Counted from the stretch's first letter, positions 11,773 to 22,075 are shown. The stretch is DNA of 64,000 nt from Leptolyngbyaceae cyanobacterium (GCA_050331235.1 JBHJHA010000088.1:13376-77375); one strand, 5' to 3'. A program made the numbers and translations. The notes: generated by a model from the letters alone, not told the origin.

Positions 11773-14700
11773 ATGGATCCTAAGACAACTGTTCAGAATC
11801 ATCGCTCGGCTCAAGACGAGTCACTGACCGCCGACCGAGGCGAAAACAGCGACATGCAAACTCTGAATATTGCCCTGCAAACAGCGCTGCAGCAAGGGTG
11901 TGAAGCCATCAGTTGGGACTACGGGGAAGTTTGGATGTTCCAAAGCCCACCCGATACTTTGACTTTGAGTGAGGCCTACTTTGTTAAGCCTGAGCACACT
12001 GAGGCTGTCACTGAGTTTCGGCAGCAGAGCCGTCGGTGGACTTTTGCAAAAGGTGAGGGCCTCCCTGGTCGATTATGGGCAACTGGTCAAGCAGAATGGA
12101 TTGATCTCTCGGATGAGCTAACGGCCCAGGGGTACAAAAGGGCCGCTTTATCAGCGGCGGCGGGATTGGAGACAGCGTTGGGAATTCCGCTGTTTATTTG
12201 CGATCGCTTGATTGCGGCATTTGTGTTTTATAGCTGTCAGGCTCTACCGCCTAATCCAGAAGCGATTCGACAGATTCAATCGCTGATTCAGCTTGGCTCT
12301 CAAGTCCACTACACGTTGTCAGCACCAATCGTCTATGAGCGCGAGCAGCGGTTTCGGTTACTGGTCGAACATGTCACCGACTACGCCATTTACATGCTGG
12401 ATCAAGATGGCAGAGTTGATAGCTGGACCCTAGCTGCGGAAAAGATGAAAGGCTACAGAGAGACCGAAATCCTCGGTCAGCATTACAGCACTTTTTTTGA
12501 TCCTGCGGACCAGGCAGAGGGGTTGCCGGCACAAATCTTGAGTACCGCCGCCGCTACCGGCTATTTTCGCGGCAAGGGTGTCCGCGTCCGCAAAGACGGC
12601 AGCAAATTTTGGGCCCGCGTTGTGGTGACAGCCCTTAGAGACGAGGGGGGAGGACTCACTGGCTTTGCCAAAATCGTCCAGGATGTGACCCAAGAGCACC
12701 AAGCGACGGAACAGCTCAAACAGCGAGAGGCAATGTATGGCAGCCTCTTTCAGCAATCTAATGACGGCATCTTGATTCACAACTTGGAGGGAACCATTCT
12801 TGATGCGAATAACCGCATCTTGGCGCTCTTGGGCTATAACTACGATGAAATTTTGCAGATGCGAGTCCATGAGCTACATCCCCCTGAGGAAAAAGAAGTC
12901 TGTCGACAGGCCTTGCTCTCTGTGCAGACGGAGGGGCAAGACCAGTTTGAAAGCTACTTTCAGCGAGCCGATCAAACCTTAGTGCCGGTGGAGATTTCCG
13001 CTAGTTTCATGCAGGTCGGCGATCGCCGCCTTATTCAAGGCGTTGTACGTGATATCAGCGAACGCCGGCAAACCGAATCCAAAATGCGGCAAAAGCTGGA
13101 GGCGGAGAAGCTGCTCACCACCATCTCTACGAGAATCCGACAATCACTAGAGCTGAAAACGCCCCTACAGACCACGACCCAAGAAGTGCTCGATTTTCTC
13201 AAAGTCGATCGAACCCTGATCTATCAGTTTTCCGAAAATTGGGGCGGCAAAGTCATCGTAGAAGCCGTTACCGATCAGAGCCTATCGATTCTCAATCAAC
13301 CAATTTATGACCCTTGTTTTGGAGGCAATTATGCGCGGCTTTATCAGATGGGTCGCGTTAGCGTGGTTGACGATATCCACAAAGCCAACTTAAAAGCCTG
13401 CTACGTCGAGTTTCTAGAGCAAATTCAGGTCCATGCCAGTTTGGTGGTGCCAATCATCTATCGCGAAAACCTTTGGGGTTTGTTAGTGATTCATCTTTGC
13501 CAGGCTCCTCGCCCTTGGACGCCGTGGGAAGTCGATTTGATTAGTCAGCTATCAAATCAAGTGGCGATCGCAATTCACCAAGCCGAGCTCTATACCCAAA
13601 TCCAGTCGGAATTAAAAACGCGATCGCGGATCGAGCAAGATCTCCGCAACAGCGAAAATGCCATTCGTAAACTCTACGAAATCACATCGGCTTCAGACAC
13701 GGACTTTCAGGAACGCCTCAAGCAACTCTTACAATTCGGGCGCGAGCAGTTCGGGCTGGAGGTTGGTCAGCTCGCACAGATTACCGGCGACACGTATCAA
13801 ATCACGACGGCACAGTTGAGCAACGGGGTAACAACAGCCGGGGCCATCCTCGACCTGCAGCAGCAGTTTTGTGCCAATGTCGTCAAAATCCAAAAGACCC
13901 TATCGATCACCCATGCCAGCGAACAGTCCCAATGGGCTGATCATCCAGCCTATCAAGCCTTTGGGATTGAGGCCTATTTAGGTACTCCGGTCACCGTCAA
14001 TAATCAAATCTTTGGAACTCTAGCCTTCACAAGCCGCACTCCACATTCAGGTTCTTTTCACCCAGTTGACCGGGAGTTACTCCAGCTGATGGCCCAATGG
14101 ATTGGCGTCACCATCGAACGCCGTCAAACCCTTAAAGATTTAGAAGCGGCTAAAAATAAGGCCCTTGCTGGAACTCGCTCTAAGAGCGAATTTTTGGCTA
14201 CCATGAGCCACGAAATCCGCACACCAATGAATGCCATTATCGGCATGACCGGGCTGCTTTTAGACACGCCGCTTAATCACCAGCAAAAGGACTTTGTTGA
14301 AACGGTGCGTAACAGTGGGGAGACCTTACTCACCATCATCAACGATATCCTTGACTTTTCTAAAATTGAGTCCGGCCGGCTCGAACTTGAGGAGTCGATC
14401 TTTGGTTTGCGTCAGTGCGTTGAGGATGCGCTTGATCTGATCGCGGCCCAAGCACAGCAATAGAAGTTGTAGCTGGCATACGAGATTGCGAATGATGTGC
14501 CGCTGACAATCGCCGGCGATATCACTCGTCTGCGACAGGTTCTTGTTAACCTGTTGACCAACGCCGTCAAATTTACAGAAAAAGGAGAAGTTTTTCTCCA
14601 GATTCAGCTCGAGTCAGCCTCTGAACCCAATAATTCTGAAAAGCCTTATCTCTTCCATTTTTCCGTCAAAGATTGTGGCATTGGAATTCCCCCAGAACGG

Positions 14701-16281
14701 ATGGATCGCCTATTCAAACCCTTCAGCCAAGTTGATGCGTCTACCACCCGCAAATATGGCGGTACGGGACTCGGATTGGTCATTTGCAAACAGCTGGTTG
14801 AGGCCATGGGGGGCACTATCTGGGTAGAGAGCATTGTCAGCCAAGGCACGACCTTTCACTTCACCATTGGCACCAGTGCCCACACAGAAGCCACGACCGA
14901 GTCCCAGAGTGCTGACAGCAGTAAGCTTCAGCATAAAAAAGTGTTAGTCGTTGATGACAATGCCACCAATCGCAAACTTTTGCAGGCCAAGACCCAAGCC
15001 TGGGGCATGCAGCCAGTTTTAGTCTGCTCTGGGCCAGAAGCTCTAACTCAGCTACAGCACAGCGAAGACTCGTTTGATATTGCGATTTTAGATATGCAGA
15101 TGCCAGGAATGGACGGTCTGCAGTTGGCGCAAGCCATTCACGGAACAACACGATACCGTGATTTACCACTGGTCATGTTGACCTCGGTCGTGAGGGAAAC
15201 GATAGCAGCCGCAGAGATCAAGAAACATTTCAAGACGTGTTTGCACAAGCCCGTCAAACACAGCAGGCTGTACGAGGTGTTGTGTGAGGCACTCTTTGAT
15301 GTCCGAATCTCCTTGAGCACCTCAGCTAAGGAAAGCCCGATTAATCCGCAGCCGCTGGCCGAGAGCCATCCGCTCAAAATTTTGGTCGCGGAAGATAACG
15401 TCGTTAACCAAAAGCTGGCTATTCACCTGTTACTCAGTTTAGGCTACCGTATTGAGGTTGCCGCCAATGGGATCGAAGCCCTAGAAGCCCTAGCAAGGCA
15501 GTCCTTTGACTTGGTGTTGATGGATGTACAGATGCCTGAAATGGATGGCCTTACGGCGAGCCAAAAGATTCGGGAAAAGTATCATCCTTGTCCTAAGATT
15601 GTGGCCGTTACAGCCAATGCTATGGCCGGCGATCGCGAACAATATTTGGCATCTGGCATGGATGACTATATCAGCAAGCCAATCCGTGTCGAGGAACTGG
15701 TCGCAGTGCTGAAAAATACTCAACCGTTGGCCTTAGAACAAGATCAGACTCCCGATCAGGCACAGCCAGCACCCATGGCATCAGTGGAACCCGATCCTTT
15801 TGATGGTGTTTCTGCCAGCCGGATAGCGACGTCCAATAACGAATCTGACAATCAGCCAGAGAAAGTGTCCGGCGGCTCGATATACCCGTTATCTACCAAT
15901 GACATCCGGGCGATCGGCATTGACACACAACCTCTCATCGAGATGCACGAAGCCTTTGGAGGAAATTGGCAAACTGTCGGCCAAGTGGTAACGCTGTTTC
16001 TAAAAGAGGCTCCGAGCTTGATTATTCAGCTGCATCAGGCTGCCCAAGCCGATGATTTGGAAGCCATCAACGCGGCCGCGCACACCTTGAAATCTAACAG
16101 CGCTATGATGGGTGCCAATACGCTGACCCAATACTGTACTGACTTGGAAGCCCAGAGTTTGCGTAAAACGCTATCTTCTGCTGATGCCCAAACCATGGCT
16201 AACAGCATTCAAGAGAACTTTGAGCTGCTCAAAACCTTTCTCGCTGAGTTGATTGCCAGTGATTTTGCCCTGCTCCAGTAA
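11773..16281 (+). pseudogene. Hybrid histidine kinase (GAF, 2 PAS, DXCF cyanobacteriochrome GAF, GAF, HisKA, HATPase, 2 REC, Hpt) interrupted by two in-frame TAG codons
   Basis: ORFs 11710-14463 and 14497-16281 are in the same frame. The junction reads AQQ*KL*LAYEIANDVPLTIAGDITRLRQ, colinear with [29 protein letters not shown] of the upstream paralog. TAGs at 14461-14463 and 14470-14472. Could be real or a sequencing artefact. Confidence 0.85.
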
Positions 16282-16430
16282 TCTTGCTCTGAGGAGGCCG
16301 ACAAGCTCCCTTTGCTAAGCTGGCGCATCCCACCCTGTAAACGCTGCCGACGCAGTAATGCATTAGGCTTCAGGCAAGAGAATCAGGAGTTCTGAAGCGC
16401 CTTCTTTAATGCCCGTAGACAAGTAGGATA

Positions 16431-16543
16431 ATACTATTTCTGCGAATCACGACTATACATAAGCTTCTTCAAAGCCCCTTTTTCAAGGGGCAGCGACAGC
16501 GGGGGATTTTCAAATCTGTAGCGCTATTACAGAGAATTGGTAT
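16431..16543. repeat. Short MITE-like/dispersed repeat element
   Basis: Imperfect terminal inverted repeats ATACTATTTCT / AGAATTGGTAT (9 of 11 complementary) around an internal CCCCTTTTTCAAGGGG...GGGGGAT hairpin, similar to cyanobacterial dispersed repeats. Confidence 0.5.
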
Positions 16544-16636
16544 AACCCGATGGAAAGCAACTGCCGCTGCCTTAGTGAAACAGGAGAGCGACGGCGACTA
16601 GAAATCGGGAACTGCCATATTGATGTTCCCAGCAGG

Positions 16637-16954
16637 CTACAAAACGCTGGCTTCAAACTCCTGGCGATCGCCATAGATCTTAAAGACTCGGTCCATTTTG
16701 GTGAGCTTAAAAATCATGCTTACCTGATCAGACAAACCGCACAAATAAAGGTCCTTGTTTTGTGCTCTAACCGCTTTCAGAATGGCCACCAGCGCACCAA
16801 TTCCTGAGCTATTCATAAAGGTAATATCTTGCATATCGACAAGTACCATCTCTGTATTGGAATCAAGGGAACTCAGAATTTTGTTTTTCAGTTCGTTAGT
16901 TGCAGCGCCATCCAAAACGCCAGCGGGATTAACAATTTTGAGTGTAGTGGTCAT
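16637..16954 (-). CDS. STAS-domain anti-sigma factor antagonist (RsbV/SpoIIAA-like)
   Basis: VLVDMQDITFMNSSGIGALV with the phosphorylatable Ser, then LYLCGL..QVSMIFKLTKMDRVF; GGAG before the ATG at 16954. Confidence 0.92.
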   Translation of the reverse strand: MTTTLKIVNPAGVLDGAATNELKNKILSSLDSNTEMVLVDMQDITFMNSSGIGALVAILKAVRAQNKDLYLCGLSDQVSMIFKLTKMDRVFKIYGDRQEFEASVL

Positions 16955-17014
16955 GTCATTCTCCAGTACTGTAGAAAAGGTAAAAATCATGATTGAACGG
17001 TCGAAATAAACTGC

Positions 17015-19393
17015 TTATGCAGTTTGCGTTTGAACTTCGGGTTGCCACATGGCCGCCCGAAGAATCACTTGTAATAGGGCAAGATGGTATAGTCCCCAAC
17101 CGAGGTTGATGAGATAAATTAGCAGCTCTTGGCTAAAACCCAAGAGGAGACTAACTAGCCCCCAGACCAGGCCGGCAACGGTCAGCAGCGCCACACAGAG
17201 CTGAACCCTCACTAAGTTGATATAAATACCGCTTTCGCGCTGTTTAGGTGTCACCTGGAAGCTAATTTTCTTGCCTGTGAAGACGCTCCACACTGCTTGA
17301 ATTTGCAGTGGAAAGAGTGCGATCGCATATTGCTCATTGCGCCATAGTTCCTGCATTGGCGTGCCCCAACTCGCTGCCATAAAGGTCAGGCGATTGATGG
17401 CATAAGCCGGTATGAAATGCAGCGCAAATTCGTAGCTGTAGCTATCCACCGGGATCAATCCAGTAAACAAAGAAATGATGGGGCAGGCTAGAAAAATTGC
17501 GATGAAAAAGCCGGCGAAATAGCTATACATCGTTTGGAAATATTGCAGCCGTTGCCAAAAAGAAAGTCCTGGCTTGACAAGGGGATTATCTCTGACGAGT
17601 ACCTGCAAAGTTCCCTGCGCCCACCGCAGCTTTTGTTTCAGGGTAGAGCTCAAATCATCGGGCGCTAATCCCTCAGCCAAAACTTCCTGATGATAGGCCG
17701 ATTTCCATCCCTTAGAATGCAGCCGCATCGCCGTATTCATATCTTCCGTGATGCTGATACTCGAGAGCCCCCCGATGAGCTCAAACTCGGCCAACCGCCC
17801 TTCATCATCGGCAAAGTCATCAGCAAAATGCTGGAGTCCCATACTGATCAATGCTTCGCGCCTGAGGATAGCATTTGTCCCGGTGTAAAAAGCGGCATTC
17901 ATGCCATCTTTGCCTTGCTGAATGAGACCATAAAATAGGTGAGCTTCGTGGCCAAAAGGATCGTTTTGCGGCAGGTTATAAAATGCCTGAGGGGTTTGCA
18001 CAAAGGCCAAGTCGTTTGTGTCATAGGTGCCTTGCCCCAAGTTGAACTTCAGGAAATGAGGCAATACCCTCAGTAGAAAGTTTTGCTTGGGAATGTGATC
18101 GGCATCCAACGTCAAAATCAGATCGCCCTGGGTTTCGCCACAAAAAATGGCGTGGTTGATATTGCCCGCCTTAGCATGGTGGGGTTTGTCCTTGGGCTTC
18201 TCTCTGGCGATGTAACGACAGCGGGCCAAGTCTCATAAGGCCTGCATTTTGCAATCAATTAGCGTTACTAATTGCCACATCTGCTGCCGCACAAAATCAG
18301 TGGTGCTGTCGGCGGCATGGCTCCATAGCACTACCTGACGCAAGCTCTGGGCATAGCCGACAACAGCCCCCGTCGTTGCATTCGAGTCGCCTGCCGCCAT
18401 TTTGATCAGGGTCAAACAGTTGCGACCATCCGCCACCCGGACATAGGACAGGTGCTCCGCCAACTGACTGAGGATGTTTAATCCCCGGCCGCGTTCCGCC
18501 TCAACGGCGATCGCCGTTGGTACTGTTTGCAACTTGCCCTCAAAATCAAAGGCCGGTCCCTGGTCCCAAATCTTGAGAATAACGCTGCTATCGCAAATCG
18601 CTGCTTCGAGCATGATCGGCGTATCTGCCGGTAGCTGACGATGGGCATGACAAACCGCATTGTCAAATCCCTCACCCAGGAGCGTTTGGCAGGCACACCA
18701 GATATCGTCAGCTAGGTGGGCTGGCTTGAGCCCATTGAACCAGTCTAAGACCCGCTCAATTTCTTCAGAACGACTCAGGGCTTGAAAGGTATAGGTGGCC
18801 GCCCAGCTTTCCAAGCTGTTGAGTTCGGGCTCAAGCAATTGCAGTTGCTCTAGGCGGCTAGACAGCGCATATCGCTCAATGTTGAGCCGCTCCGCGGCCT
18901 GCTGCAGTGCTGGCATTTGCAGATCCTGCAGGCACAGCCGCTCGGCCATGGCTCGCATATTTGGCGAGTTGCCGTCATCAAGAATGTAGACCTTGAGCTT
19001 GTCAACGGGATAATCGAGTTGGAGGGCCGCTCCTGCCGTAGCCTCCACGATGCTCGTCGGTTCGTTGTAGCAAGTAATGAATACATCGACGGTGGGATAA
19101 TCATCTTCAGCCAAAGCTGGCATGAGGTGATCAAGACTGCGCACCTGGCGTACTATCGGTCGCCACAACCCAATCAAAAACAAGGCTCCCCCCACATACA
19201 TGTAGGTTTCTGCCAGTGCCAACGGCATCGAAAACCAAGGGACATCTAGGTTTAAAGAGCTTGACCAGCGCCAGCCGAGATACCAACCCCCAATGATGAG
19301 GTTGACCAGCGCAAAATATCGAAACAATAATGTGCGATCGCGGAGGCGGATCTGCACATTATTTTGCAGGTAATTGCTAGCTGAGATGCTCAT
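17015..19393 (-). pseudogene. Cellulose-synthase-like processive GT2 with an inserted RsbW-like HATPase domain; one in-frame TGA
   Basis: The two track ORFs share a frame, separated by TGA at 18233-18235 (CKMQAL*DLARCRYIAREKP). Motifs PTVDVFITCYNE, LDDG, HAKAGN, DAD, QTPQ, TED, QKLRW; N- and C-terminal TM helices; no PilZ. The insert has EGFDNAVCHAH, IWDQG and ERGRGL. Confidence 0.88.
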
Positions 19394-19627
19394 ATATCAA
19401 TGGATAATAGTCTGAGGGAAATCTCTGACTGACATATCGAGCGGTCGTCTTGATACACCCTCTCTTTCTCTTAAGTACACTTGGGGCGACGTGTAACCGG
19501 AATATTTTGATGACCGAAACTTTTTTTTTTCGGACGCCAAGAGGGTCTAGAAGAAAGTCTCTATAGCTAAAATCTTGGGATTGAGTTTACTAAGGCAGTA
19601 TTGATTAAAACAGGGCAGTAAGACAGT

Positions 19628-20884
19628 TTGTTTAGCAGTTTAATCAAAGAAAAAAACCAGAGAAAATACTGCTTATTGCCTTTTGGATTGGTAATTGCTT
19701 CTAGTGGAATTCTCGGATTGCTGGGCTTCTCTGCGCAGGCCTCAGACCGACTGGAAGCCGACTTTAAAAAGCCCTTGAATAAGCCGCTGCCGTTGGAGCT
19801 TTCGACACAAGTTTCTCAATTCTTACCGGCGCCCTCGTTGTCCTTAGCAGCCCCATCCATCAAGGATGATAATTCATCGCCGGTGGCCAGGGTGCGCCCA
19901 GGTATTCATTTGGCTGCCCCTGAAAATCTCATTCCAGGCTTATATGTACCGCCACCGGAGCCAAACCCGATTGAAGTCGAGCCACCCACCTCTGAACCGG
20001 AAACTTCTGAGCCGTTTACGCCATTCTGGCAAATCGAAGATTTGACCGTCGATCTGTCCGATGAATTTACTAATTTTGACCAAAGCAACCGACTAGTGGA
20101 ACCGACCATTTCGGGGGTTCTGCCCAATGGCGATCGCCTCTCACTCTCGACGGGGCTTAACACCTTTAGCCAACCGGATGTGAATGATGTTGTGAATATT
20201 CCTCTGCGGGTGGCCTGGACTCGAGAGATGGGAGATTTCACTACTACCGTGGGAGGCGGTATCGATTGGTTTGACGAAGCCCCCCTAGCCCTCAATCTTG
20301 ACGCGAGCACCTCTGTGCCCCTTGGTCGCCAAGCAACCCTATTTTTTGACATTGAGCAGGGACCCTACAAGTTCAACGCGGAAACTCTGAATCAGCAGAT
20401 CACTGCTTGGCGCTATGGTCCTAGCCTGTATTGGCAAATCGCGCCGGACACTAGCTTTTTCTCTCTGGTGCGCTGGGGCCGCTATAACGACGGCAATCGT
20501 GAGCAACAATCTTTTAGCCGGTTTGAACATCGCCTGGGAGAATTTGCGATCGCCGCTAATCTGTTTAATTGGCGTTACCGACAGGACTTAGAAAACGTAT
20601 CGGGCTATTTTTCTCCCCAAGACTTTTTAGTAGCGAACGGTGAGATTGCTTGGGCTGGGGAAGTTTTTGACTGGTTGGATTGTCGGGTTGCAGCCTCTTG
20701 GGGGCAGCAACGCCTCGCCGGGGAATGGACTGCAGCCTACGGCTATGGAACTCAATGCACCTTTGCGGTGTCAGACAGTACAGAGATTGACCTTGGCTAC
20801 AGCTATGACAATGTAATTGGTCAAGCTGGGGGCAGTGCCTTCAACAATCGAGCGATATCAAGTCAGGTCAGGATGACGTTTTAG
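19628..20884 (+). CDS. Putative outer-membrane beta-barrel protein (BcsC/PgaA-porin-like)
   Basis: Signal-peptide-like N-terminus, Pro/Glu-rich linker, alternating amphipathic aromatic strands, YNDGN and GYFSPQ motifs, C-terminal Phe; start uncertain. Confidence 0.65.
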   Translation: MFSSLIKEKNQRKYCLLPFGLVIASSGILGLLGFSAQASDRLEADFKKPLNKPLPLELSTQVSQFLPAPSLSLAAPSIKDDNSSPVARVRPGIHLAAPENLIPGLYVPPPEPNPIEVEPPTSEPETSEPFTPFWQIEDLTVDLSDEFTNFDQSNRLVEPTISGVLPNGDRLSLSTGLNTFSQPDVNDVVNIPLRVAWTREMGDFTTTVGGGIDWFDEAPLALNLDASTSVPLGRQATLFFDIEQGPYKFNAETLNQQITAWRYGPSLYWQIAPDTSFFSLVRWGRYNDGNREQQSFSRFEHRLGEFAIAANLFNWRYRQDLENVSGYFSPQDFLVANGEIAWAGEVFDWLDCRVAASWGQQRLAGEWTAAYGYGTQCTFAVSDSTEIDLGYSYDNVIGQAGGSAFNNRAISSQVRMTF

Positions 20885-20940
20885 CCAATCATTGAAGCTG
20901 GCCCTGGGATTGCAAGTGTAAGTGAGTGAGGAGAGCGACG

Positions 20941-21576
20941 ATGAATCTACATCGCCCCTATTACAGCATGGGCTGGATTGTGTTGCTCTTCATGGCGGGA
21001 CACAGTCTAGGTGTTTTTTCAGGTGCGACAGCGGCGGAGGCGGCGATCGAACAACCAGCGATCGCCGAAGATACCCCAGCTACCTCAGAATTACCTCCAG
21101 AGGATGTCATCGTGCGATCGGTCTTGGAGGAGGTGCAGCGAACCGATCAGTGCAATGGTTTCTATGACCCGAATATAGCGCTCACCCAGTCACAGGTTCT
21201 GTGGATTGGTAACTCAGTCTTAGTGGAAGTTGTCTGTACGCTGACGGCCTATCAGTTGATCTACACCTACAGTGCTTATGCTTCGGATGGCTCGATTCTG
21301 CCCCTTCCATTAGATACTTTCTACCGCGATGAAGCTGGCGGTTTCGAGCGTTCAAATACGCTGACGCTCGCCGGACTGGCCGACTTTGATCATAATCGAA
21401 ATGAATTAGCTGTATTTTCCAAGGCCAGAGGCTTAGGCGACTGTGGCTCCTGGGCTGCGTATCAGTGGACGGGCATGGAGTTTGTGCTTACAACGTTTCG
21501 CTACCAGGTATGCGGTGACTCCGCTGGAGAATACGTTGCGCCAACGGACTATCCCCAGGTATTTCCGTTTGATTGA
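20941..21576 (+). CDS. DUF1176-like secreted protein
   Basis: Hydrophobic N-terminus; VVCTLTAYQ and KARGLGDCG..YQW motifs. Confidence 0.75.
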   Translation: MNLHRPYYSMGWIVLLFMAGHSLGVFSGATAAEAAIEQPAIAEDTPATSELPPEDVIVRSVLEEVQRTDQCNGFYDPNIALTQSQVLWIGNSVLVEVVCTLTAYQLIYTYSAYASDGSILPLPLDTFYRDEAGGFERSNTLTLAGLADFDHNRNELAVFSKARGLGDCGSWAAYQWTGMEFVLTTFRYQVCGDSAGEYVAPTDYPQVFPFD

Positions 21577-21586
21577 TGATCTAAAT

Positions 21587-22075
21587 CTACAGACTGTTTG
21601 CCGTATCGCTCAGATAAGCCGCAAGACTAGGATTATCAAATCCTTGGGCAACGACACCGCAAGTGTAACCATCTCCCCCATAGCCGATCTCCCAATGCTC
21701 AAGTCGTAGCTCGGTGGTGTGAGCCAGCGCCATGACCAAGGGGGTATCGCCAAAGTCTTGCCCCCCTAATGTGTGGGTAATCCAGAGGGTGGGCTCGCAG
21801 ATTTCGATCATGGCTGAAAACCATATCCGGACATCTGCACCTCGCTGTCTCGCTTGCCATTTGCCGGCGGTATCAAGATCAAGATACTGCCGGCAGACAG
21901 CCCCTGTGTGAGGGCCTAACAGGGCAAAATTATTGGCACAAAAGGTATCAGGCAAACGCTCATCCACCCATTGCATTAGTGGCTTAGTACTAGATGGGTG
22001 GAGAGTGGACCTCAAGTAATAATCAGGGCCATACCCTTGGGCGCTAAGCTGCCAATGCCAGGGCCGCATAGTCAT
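21587..22075 (-). CDS. Hypothetical protein
   Basis: 162-aa ORF with ATG filling the gap between genes; no family recognised. Confidence 0.6.
   Translation of the reverse strand: MTMRPWHWQLSAQGYGPDYYLRSTLHPSSTKPLMQWVDERLPDTFCANNFALLGPHTGAVCRQYLDLDTAGKWQARQRGADVRIWFSAMIEICEPTLWITHTLGGQDFGDTPLVMALAHTTELRLEHWEIGYGGDGYTCGVVAQGFDNPSLAAYLSDTANSL

Noticed and set aside
14461..18235. Stop-codon reassignment (amber/opal recoding) explaining the in-frame stops
   Set aside because: TAG and TGA end many intact conserved genes here (pgk and fumC end in TAG; pncB and nadE end in TGA). The aligned residues for the TAGs are Lys and Glu, not Pyl or Sec positions.
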